A stretch of 64,000 bases of DNA from Magallana gigas (taxonomy: Eukaryota): positions 50,096,001-50,160,000 of the forward strand of contig NC_088855.1 of NCBI RefSeq assembly GCF_963853765.1, in the 5' to 3' direction. Below the pieces are notes generated by a model. The model was not told the DNA's origin, did not search any database, and saw nothing but the letters and a program-made list of their open reading frames with translations. This document shows, in pieces, positions 38,958-50,022 of this stretch (position 1 is its first letter; each line of letters starts with the position of its first letter). The translations under genes and the position numbers were made by a program.

Positions 38958-39009
38958 CATGCCCCGACCAAAATTATCACGTACCTCATACTAGTAATAC
39001 TAAAAGAAT

Positions 39010-39710
39010 GATTCCTCATTCCTGTTATTATTGTGTAATATTGCACCATAGTTCTTTTACATAAAAAAATTTGTAGTTATAATTCTATGTAAAATTTGAT
39101 ATTGAAGCCAGTTGAGTTTACTTTTTTGGACCGCTTTAAAACAGAGACAGTAGATTTTAATCCATTCTAAATCGGTGAAATTTTCTCCAAGATCTCTCCA
39201 TCTAATTGATGATGTTATCGGTTCTTTTTTTTTCAATTAAAATGTTATACATTTCCTTACATCCTTTTGTATCCCTATAAAAAAGATAAATAGAGTTCGG
39301 AATTTTAGGTCCATATTCTTTGCTCATATCTGTATTATCTATGTGTTTTTTTACTAAAGAAAGTGGTACAAATCATTTTCCAATTTTTTTATCAGTTTGT
39401 TTCTGGATTGGGTAGACTTAATATTAAGTGATTTAATTTTGGTATAATTAATGATTTTATTATTTTAAGTCTCCCTATCGGTGTTAGCTTTTTATGTTTC
39501 CATTGGTTCATTATTTTATTGATTTCTGATAATTTAGGAGAATAGTTTAGCTCGGACATTTCTTCAAGATTAATTGAAAATTTAATTCCGAGAAGGTCAA
39601 ATGCTGTGTTCCAGTCTAACTTCCATTGAGTATGGTGAAAAACATCTTTAGAAAAAAAAATTTCGCCTAAAAATTTTGACTATCAACAAGAATGGTAGTC
39701 ATGGCAATAG
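39010..39710 (-). mobile_element. Degenerate LINE (Tx1/L1-like) ORF2 fragment
   Basis: Minus-strand translations FDLLGIKFSINLEEMSELNYSPKL, YLFYRDTKGCKEMYNIL and WIKIYCLCFKAVQKSKLNWLQYQILHRIITT resemble post-RT regions of Tx1-type LINEs. Stops, frameshifts and an internal deletion are present. Confidence 0.6.
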
Positions 39711-40226
39711 ACTAAGATCGAATTAATGAGGGTAAATTAAAATAAAAAGAAATTACAAGAATTGGATCAGAAACTGCAGAAGAAAAAGTAAGTTTTCCGA
39801 ATCCACACAGGTCGAAACGTTTATTTTTATTGGTATATACACATAATGATTGTATGTATACTCTAATTGATATCTTTTCCGCCCAGATATATATAACTCC
39901 TACATATGTAAATGTATACAACCAGAGTTTTGGAAATTGGCTTAACAGGGTCTAATGTCTATTTTGCAGTATATATTCTATTTATGTTAATGAAGTTTTT
40001 CCAAAATCTCCCCCAAATATAGATAGAAAAGAAGAGGGGGGGGGGTACTGATGTGATTGTCCGAAGGCTGGGAGTTTGAGATGTTTGTGGTGTGACAAAA
40101 TTTAAAAATGAGAAATCAGTGGGTTTTGGTATGTCGTTATATTTATTTCAAAGATTGCTTTGCATTTGAATATGAATATTCTTCTTCGTATATGCAGATT
40201 CCTAAAACAAAATAGAAATAAAATAA

Positions 40227-40359
40227 NNNNNNNNNNNNNNNNNNNNNNNNNNNNNNNNNNNNNNNNNNNNNNNNNNNNNNNNNNNNNNNNNNNNNNNNNN
40301 NNNNNNNNNNNNNNNNNNNNNNNNNNNNNNNNNNNNNNNNNNNNNNNNNNNNNNNNNNN
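40227..40359. other. Assembly gap (N run)
   Basis: 133 consecutive N. Confidence 0.99.
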
Positions 40360-40601
40360 AAGTAGACGTTTTTACAGTCCTTATTCAGAATTTAAAAAAA
40401 CCCAAAAAAACTGGTATTTAAATTCTTATGTAGAAAACATGCGCGGATCCAGATTTTTTTTTTATTTTTTTTTTTTTTGGGGGGGGGGGGGGTTAAAATA
40501 ATCTAATTCTGTATCATTTAGCTGTCATTTCAGTTCATCAAGCTATGAACGTCCGGTGATCCCGAATGAATTTCAAAAAGTACTGTGTACCTTTTGACTT
40601 C

Positions 40602-42265
40602 TTATCCATAATGGTATCTCTGGCAAACTCCAATCTCCCCCTGGGGAAACTCGAATTCCCCTGTCCCAACGCATGTCAAGCCTGACAAACAAGGGCATGT
40701 GACATGGTGACCCACATGGCATTCTGTGGTGAGAAAATTATAAAATTATAAAAAAAAAAAACAACCCAAAAAACATATATACATACAGTTCAAAATGATA
40801 ACAGCAATACATAAATTGTATATACACATTAACATGAACGTCTTGTGTTACTCAAAAGTTGCAGTTTTAGCTCACCTGAGCTGAAAACTCCAGTGAGCTT
40901 TGCTGTCGTCTGTCTGCCCGTAAACTTTTTACATTCTCAACTTCTTCTCAAAAACTGCTTGACCAATTTCAACCAAACTTGGCACAAAGCACCCTTGGCC
41001 GAAGGGGATTTATAGTTAAAAATCAAGTATCAAGAGGGGATAATTAGCAGAGACATAGATGTCTTAATTATAACTATACTGATATTATATATATAGCAGA
41101 CCTATTTTGTTTTGTTGTGTTCTTACTTTCCCCGGGAGCGCCAAATCGGGTGCAGGTCCCACTTCCACATCCGATGGCTCGTCTGCCTCTCACTGGGCGA
41201 ACACAGCAGTAATATTGTGGACAATCATTGTCACTGTCACAACATTGCCCCTGTAAAAACCATCGTAACGCATATAAATCAAAACAATTATAAGCATAGA
41301 ACTTTCTTGAACATTTGAATATCCATGCACGTACAGATGTAATCCATTTGCCTCATAGACTGCGATATTTGGAATAATTATGGGAAAATAAAAGAAAAAT
41401 CATAGGATATATTGCCGTAACTTTTCATCAGTTTTCAAAAGTAGAAGGAGTCCGACATCACCTCAATGAATACGTGTGTGTGTGTGGAGGGGGGGTTAAA
41501 TTCTTCAACCAAGATTTACACTTATCATAAAATTGGGTCAGATTTCTGATAAATCGTTCTATATTTTTTTTAAAGACCCGTAACACAATTAACAATGAGG
41601 GGGCTTCCCTCCATTTTTCTCAGCAACCCCAATACTATATATCCTTAGTTCCTATAACTGTTTGTGAGCTTTCGACTCTTTTTTTTTTTAATATCGTGTT
41701 CATTGTAATTACCTGGTACTATATTGTATACACCACACAAGTTTTTTGTGATTATTAATTTTGAATATGCAATGATTTCTTTCCATTTAATTAACCCCGG
41801 TGTAATGTCATTGATTATATTAATTAGTAATTCTCGCAATCAAAACAGTACCGAGTTTTAGTCAACCACACACTATACATGTTTAGTTGAACATCTGTTG
41901 CATAAATCTGTGAACTCAATGCCTGTGTGCACTGTAGATATTACTGGTTATTTAAATAATAGTAAAGACTGTAAATCAATCACTATAATGTCGATATAAA
42001 CCGGTATGTACAAGTTATCATTAGCAGAAGGAAAAGTCAACCATATAAATTAAAGAATAATCTAAAAAATCACGTTATTTTTGTTCAACCTGAAAATTAG
42101 CACCTGTTTATACTGTATGATTTCGATCATAGTTTATTTAACAAAAAAATGTGCGAAATAATAATAATAATAAAGGAACATAATATCAATGGAAACTTTT
42201 ACCTGGATGCAGTCGAATTCCAGCACCACAAATAGAAGAACCAGACCGCATGCTAGCAGGTTCAT
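40602..42265 (-). CDS. Secreted cysteine-rich prokineticin/colipase-fold peptide precursor B, 102 aa, 3 exons
   Basis: Exons 42265-42203, 41250-41127, 40723-40602, same phases as copy A. Protein: MNLLACGLVLLFVVLEFDCIQGQCCDSDNDCPQYYCCVRPVRGRRAIGCGSGTCTRFGAPGEKCHVGHHVTCPCLSGLTCVGTGEFEFPQGEIGVCQRYHYG. TATA-like run ~30 bp upstream of the ATG (42295-42302). Confidence 0.88.
40866..41040 (+). mobile_element. Truncated 5' end of an oyster Helitron-N2/CvA (pearl)-like HINE
   Basis: ttttagctcacctgagctgaaaactccagtgagcttt...gtcgtctgtctg...caaccaaacttggcacaaagca, recognised from memory of this common oyster family. Lies in intron 2 of peptide B. Confidence 0.65.
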
Positions 42266-44252
42266 GTTAACACAGTACATGTACTACCTGACGTATATAT
42301 AGAGTAAATCTATGAATAATGGATCCTAGGATTTTGATCATATAAAGTCAATTATGGAATTTCCCCAATACGCAAATGTCAATTGCAATTGGCCACATTA
42401 CAGTAAATGTATTCCAGAGTGAAATATATACAATTTTAAAAAAGGTAGATAAAAACCAATCTATTTACTGCTATATATACACGTACATTTTTAAGACCCA
42501 CAAAATTCCATAAATTCATTAATTCAAAGCAACATATAAGTTCCTAATTCTTTGAGGAAATTACACTACCTGTGAATTTAATTACCGAGAATATTAATTG
42601 GATAAAATTATTTTTCAAACAACACGCCTCTCCCCATTATAAACAAAGAAGACATATGTCTTTGCCTGGAAGAACTGCAGAACTGTAACTCTTCGGAACA
42701 TGCATACCGTAGGTGTTTAGTTTACGGTGAACAAAAAATGAGATTTTTTTTTTTACTTATTAATTAACCCAATTTGTTAAAACATCGTGCTAGTTTTAGG
42801 ACTTATTAACCTAATTTTATGGAAGTATTTGATACAAACACACGTTCTTGAAGTGTCTATTTTGGCGGGGTTTTTTTATCAAGAAAACACTACGGCCTTA
42901 TTATAAAGTATTTTAAAGATGATTTTTGTAACTATTTAAAATCTGTATGTTGTCCTTAACCTAGGGAAATTATGTTATATTGAATTATTTAGAAATGAAG
43001 AAATTTTTTTTGAGAGTCATTATCGATGATCATTCAGGTCGGACGCGATCAAATCCAATAAAGGGCGAAGGGCTTTATGATATATTTTTCACGCTCCGAC
43101 CGTAATGATATCTTATAATATTCAAAAGAATGATTCCTTTCTACTTATATTTTTTAATTTTCTGCGATTGTTTGAATAAATATCAATTAAAGTATATGCA
43201 TTATAATGTTATCTTTTTTATTTCGCATAATTATACAAACCCCGCTTGGGCCCCAACAATATGTCATTTGCGTCATTGGACTATACCTTACAAATTTTTA
43301 TTTGTAGCGTTATCCCTGACAGATATACTGGAAATGCTAATAATATTGAACCATTAACGGTTATCAAGTATAAAATGTTTTCAAAACAAGCTTGTGTGCC
43401 CACAAACTCTTAGAATATTGGTTACCAACGAAACAATTCATGGATATATAAAAAATCCCAGCATTTTTTTTTTTTCCCACTTTCCTCACTTGAAAGGCAC
43501 TCCAGATCTAGTTGCATGTATTTTGTTCCAAACAAACAAATTCCGATGCATTTATTGTTTATACATGTATCTGACTTGCTTAGAATTACTTTCATAACCT
43601 AATTTTTTTAGACCACGTGTCTCAAGAAAGTCCATGAAGCAATATACGGTAATGTTTAAGGAATCTTATTACATATTTTCTTAATTGCCAATAAATTAAT
43701 GCTGTGCAAATAAATACATGTATATTAAAATGAATCATTACAAAAAATTCAAGTTGCTTTAAAGAATTCTTATCAGATAAAAGACAATCATACTTTGTGG
43801 TATTGTATACCTGTTATTTGATTTTATATTACACTATTTTCATAATGTTTTATTAACTTAATAGAATTTCAGTTTACTTTACATTGGTAAAATTTGCAAC
43901 ATGCAAAACATATTCATACACATTTGAATTTATTACTATTGTCAGTCAACCGTTTCATGAAAATCACAGAATGAATCTAGGGTAAAATTTTAGTTACCCG
44001 TAACGTATAAATCTATAAATAGAATATATATATATGTACTTATATAAAAAAAAAATGCTGCATACATGCAGTAGCACATTACTCTCATATACATAAATGA
44101 TAGATTATGTTTCCATTATTTAGGAAAATAATGCATTCAATCCTCATTCATATTCATATACAAAACAATTTGTTTCATTTTCGCAAGACATTCTTTTTAT
44201 AATAGGTCATGTTTCAAACACTAACACTATAGTTAACACAGACAGCAGGGCT

Positions 44253-47200
44253 TCAGTCAAACCTAGAAATGTCTCTACCAAACAGAATGGTCTTGGTCCA
44301 GTCCATGGGGACCTGCATCCTCAGCCGCCAGCTTCCCAGCTTAGTCAGGTAAGCCGATCGCCAAAGAAACCAGGAAGATATTCCTGTAATTATCAATTCA
44401 CAACACAATGAATGCATATGTATAAAATCAAGAATTCCACATTACTTGGTATTCTACTCTTTCACCCCCCCCCCCCCCAAAAAAAAAACAAAACAAAAAA
44501 CCATAATATAGTACTGCAGATTCCTAATCAATCCCAAGGAATTAATATCCACAAAAAATTCCTTAAAAAAACATCTCGAATTTTAATTCAATTTAAATCT
44601 TGCTTTTTTGGGGGGGACATATGTATGAGTCTCGCGTAAAATAAGGAAATCTACAGTATGTATGAATCAAGAACTATATTTTACAAATATTATGGAGAAC
44701 TATTAAAGCATTGTAAAATTAATATTCTGATAAATTTTCATCTACTTTCCTCTTATGAATTTAACCTTGGTCATAAACAGACTTAAAACTCAGGTACAAG
44801 TATGAAATCCAAGAACAAACTAAGTGCATGTACTTGCTTATGTCCAGTTTGTATCCCAACTAATTGGGTTACTACATGTATAATCTAAACACAATTAAAG
44901 CCAGTTGAAAGTGATTACCGGTGGTTCCAACCTGTTCAGTTTAAAAAGCTACAAATCCAAAACTTTAAGAGGACAAAATTTCTTATAGTTACATGTAAAT
45001 AAAAAACATAAATGGCTTTAACATTCTTTCATCTTAGATTCTAAACAGTTATTGGTTGTTTTCAATGTGCCTGGATTGTGAATAATTGTTCCTGTAGTGC
45101 ATACCCTGCATTTTTATTTTTGGAATGTCCGACACTCCCTGGTAGCGTCCAATATAAGCCAACATTCCTTTGCTCTGGAAAGTAAACTCCTTTTCAGCCT
45201 TTCCACAAAAAAGATTGGCTAAATACTCTCCTTGTCTTTCAGCAACCTAATCAATGTGAAATATAAACAATTAAACATGGTACCAGAGAGAACCTGACTT
45301 TAGTTATATATTCTTATTTCTATGAAACTTATCATATCAAGCAAAACTTGTTACATTGTAATAAAATTGTATTAAAAATTCCTACGTACATATAGCTGTC
45401 AAAATAGACCCAAAATACTGGTGGACAAAAACGGAATTGTGATATATATCTGATTCTTTTTCTACTCTCTTTTTTTAATGCCATCTACTGAAAAGTACAG
45501 TGAACTTTTCCCATAATGAATTATTTCTATGACAATTTGTGCATTAATAAATCATTAAATGTCAAAAGTCCAAAAACATATGTTTCATAAGATCACAGAG
45601 GGTCTTTCACTCATTACAAAGGAATGTGCCAAAAACATCAACAAAGTTAACTTCTTTTAGAAGATGAAAAATCTAGAGTAAACATTTAAACTGCAATTCA
45701 AATTTATTTCATTCAATCAGATATGTAATCAAGTATGAGCCTGTGTGAACAGGACCCCTGTTTGGATGTTACCTGTGCTATACAAGGTAGAGGGTTGTCT
45801 CTGATGTCTGCACAATCTCCAAGGGCATACACATTATTTGTTGGATCTCCAATTACATGTAGATTTTTATCTGTAAGAATCTGCAACATAATATTTCATT
45901 TCAGTTTAGGGGGGTTAGATCCTGCAATCCTTCGACCTTTTAGACTATTCCTATGTGTATGAGGGGTTGTATAATTCTTGAACATGTACCTGTCCATTTC
46001 TGTTCTTGTCCACCCCCAGAGACTTGACAAACTGGGTGGGTGATAGCCCTGTGCTCCACACCACTAATCCACAGGGCAGGTCCTCTCCATTGCTCAGTTT
46101 CACGCAGTCCGATGTCACCTCTTTAAAGACAGTTACAGTCATTGCATACCTTAAAGGTCGACTTATATTAAAAGTACAAACTGAGGAATAAGGAATACAG
46201 AGTAAAAGTTTATATATATACATGTGTATCAAAGAAAACTGTTTATGAAAAATTACGTGTAACAGATGACTTGACAAGCTGAAAACGCTCCCGCTGTTTT
46301 ATCTTATTTTCTGCATATTTTCTCAAACTTTCATCGAAGGAGGATAAAATCTGATTGGATTCCACTAATGTCACATGAACTTGGTCTTTTCTCTGATGAT
46401 AAACTCTGGCAACATCCTAAAATGAAATAAAACCTATCATTAAAAAGTTCTACTTTGTTCGTAACAACAATAAATTCCCTTTTTTTCTCTCTATATATGT
46501 ACATGAATGTCAAATCCCAGATGGACTATGTGAATGTTTACTTCAACTTCAAGAGTAGAGAAGTTATCTTTTGTCCTCTTTGGTTATGGTACATTCATAT
46601 CTAAATATACAGTATCCAGCACATGCGCAGATAATGACCACTAATTTACAGAATCAAAATATCCAAAATCTGTTTCATACCTGTTCAATCCAATCGTACA
46701 GCTCCGCACCAAATTCCACTCCTGTGGGTCCACCCCCAACAATCACAAAGTTCAGTAACTGTTTTCTTTCACTTTCACTTAACCCTGGATGAAGTGAAAG
46801 CTCAATATTACGTATAATCCTACTTCGGATTTTCCTTGCATCTGGTATATCCTTAAAAAAGCATATGTAAAAAAATGCTGAAGATCAAATTTTACACATT
46901 TCAAAGACATCCACATCAAGCTACAAAAAAATAACCCAACTATAAAGCACCTGTTACCTTGAGGAAAAAGGCATGTTCCTCCACTCCAGGGACATTGAAA
47001 GTATTGCTGCGAGCCCCTACGGCGATGACAAGTTTGTCAAAGTTGACTGTGTATCCCAGCTGGGGCTGAAGCACACTCTCGCAATGGAGAACCTGATTCT
47101 TCATGTCCAACTGAGTGGCATACGACAGATGAAAATCTCCAGTCTGTCGGAAAGTGGTGTTCCTGACTGGTTCAATGATGGACCTTCAGGGAGAAACAAA

Positions 47201-47924
47201 TATTGATGAAACTAGAAAGTTACAAGTATGGAATTCTATGGAAATCATACATTTGCGAATTTATTTTTCTTTGCTCTAACACATCCTTGGGCAAATATGT
47301 TTTGTTTTCTCTACACAAGCAAGTAGGTACATGTACTTCAAATCCTGTAAGCATTGGTATATAAATCAACTGGGCTCCAAACAGTCAGCAAACAAATTTA
47401 CTATAATAGTAAATAGATCTATGTAGAGATATTAATAGTCCATATATCAATGTCACTAACTGTAACTGACAGTGCTGATCTTTGTATAAATGTATTTACA
47501 AAGTTTCCATTACTTGGATATAATAAGATTAACAAAAAGTAGTTCTAAACTAGGAGTAAAATATATATTATAATCATAATGATTGATGAATATCATTGAT
47601 ACATACATGATGAAGATATAACAGTTATTACATATTAAACACCTGAAGTGGGTCGAATATTTTTGCTAAAAAGTTTAATCAATACCTGAACTCTACAGTT
47701 CCAACAGTTGTGCTTGCCAACATTGGAGTAAACAGAAAATAATTCCTTGGACTAATTACCACCACATCGAACAATTTTTTATCAATATTCCTGAGCAGAC
47801 TGTATCCTCCCCATCCTGTCCCTAGAATTACTAGTTTCTTTCTTCCTGTCTGGGTGGCAAATGTTTTGGAAAGCAATCCTGATTTTAATGGGAAACACTT
47901 CCTTAGACTAGACAAATGGGACAT
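44253..47924 (-). CDS. Type II (alternative, rotenone-insensitive) NADH:quinone oxidoreductase, mitochondrial, Ndi1/Nde1/plant NDA-like, 435 aa, 8 exons
   Basis: Exons 47924-47686, 47183-46958, 46851-46681, 46416-46257, 46120-45990, 45880-45773, 45246-45105, 44383-44253, phase-consistent. Basic, acid-free presequence. FAD motif ILGTGWGG; [28 protein letters not shown]; NADH motif [15 protein letters not shown]; VYALGDCA; quinone motif AQVAERQG; C-terminal [33 protein letters not shown]. Confidence 0.93.
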
Positions 47925-48147
47925 CTTCTCTTGGCTTACACTGAATTTGATTCACTGTATGGTTCGTTTTTCAATAAAACACTCTCTCAGTTTTCATTCA
48001 CAGTACCAGTAAAATGAATATACAGTTTGCAATCATTGGTAACAAGAACTGTTCACAAATCTCGATATTATCAATATTGGAAACATATAGCACCTTTTTC
48101 ATGTGTTCATCTGTAAAGAGAATAAAATTTCTATGAGATTTAATATC

Positions 48148-48720
<573 letters not shown>

Positions 48721-49247
48721 CTATAAAACATTTACCGGTACTTATAACTGGAATCTTGGATAATGACCTTTACCTGATCTAGACAAGATGTAGAATTTTA
48801 GGACGACTAGTATGTAAATTAATCATGCCTAACTTTGTTTCTTAAAAGTAATACAATAAAGGTAAGTTTGACACCAGTACAATCAAAATATTTAACCAAA
48901 TAAAACAATGTCAAGAGGTGATGATAATGATCAAATAGCATGTCAGATTAGGGTGATGACATAGTTGATGATGACTGAATAGATTTATTCATGATTTTTT
49001 TTGAATTGGAATATATTCAGCTACAAATGGATAGATAATATTTGAACTGATCGGCTAAGGCATATGCTTACACCTTCCAGAGATCAATTTTTGTTAAAAC
49101 AAAATGAATTTGTCGGCTAAAACTGGTATCTGAATTTTTTTAACAACTGATAAATTGATTAAAAAAATAAAAAATCATGTAGACATTTAAAAACGATTTC
49201 TTAGAAAAAGATAGCATTGTAGAATTTTGAAAAGGTAAAGGACTTAC

Positions 49248-49680
49248 CTGTTGCAATACTTTGTAATATTTTGCCAGTAGACTGTAGAGTCAAGTTCAAA
49301 TATATTGCAAAATATCTCATCGGGATCGGCCTTCAAAATGCAATCAGAAAAGTTTACTTCAACCTATTCGTTTGTTACAAAACAGATGCACAAAACAATC
49401 TGAAACTTTGAATAACATTAAAGCTTAACATAAATAAAATTTTAAGGCTAGCATGAAGACCAATTAAGAAACGGATACATGTACGACTTAACAACTATTA
49501 CCACTAAAGTTATGACGTCACGCATTTTTCAGCATAAGCAAAATTTACTGACGTTACACACACAGAAAGGCAGAGGGAATATCAAACTTTACCTGTTGAC
49601 AGCATGGATAATTAAATATCTCATTTCTTGTTGATTTTCAGAAGATAACTTCCTGCACAATGAATACATTTGTCGTAAGT
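49248..49680. promoter_or_regulatory. Putative bidirectional promoter and non-coding first exons (ADAT2 minus / zinc-finger gene plus)
   Basis: Minus-strand donors at 49247 and 49592, plus-strand donor GTAAGT at 49676, palindromic CRE TGACGTCA at 49513-49520. Confidence 0.5.
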
Positions 49681-50022
49681 ACCTACCTTGATGCCACATA
49701 AAGAGAATGTCATTGTGTCATATATTTAAAATTTTACGCCCGAAGTTCCAAAAAACCCTTGCCACCTCAGTTTTAGTGACCATTATGCATTATGAAAACT
49801 AGTTGTGAAATAAATGTACTTATTCATACAAGTTGTATGCTATACAAGAAGACCATGTCTCTTTGGAGAAGTTGAGAGGCACAGCCTTCAGTCTCATTCA
49901 TCAACATGATTCAAGTTTATGAATATGGATGACGGATTGACTGTCAACTTTTAAAAAGAGAATTTCTGGCCTGTTACTTGTTTGCAAAATTGATCTAACG
50001 AGTCTGTTTTTTTTTCTTGTAC

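Noticed and set aside
44253-47924. NDH-2 as bacterial/fungal contamination or a recent horizontal transfer
   Set aside because: Seven canonical GT-AG introns with host-like AT-rich composition, embedded among animal genes. An ancient origin is not excluded.
49925-49954. Upstream ATG (MDDGLTVNF) as the start of the zinc-finger gene
   Set aside because: It closes at TAA after nine codons, so 50023 was used as the provisional start; a homopolymer error nearby cannot be excluded.
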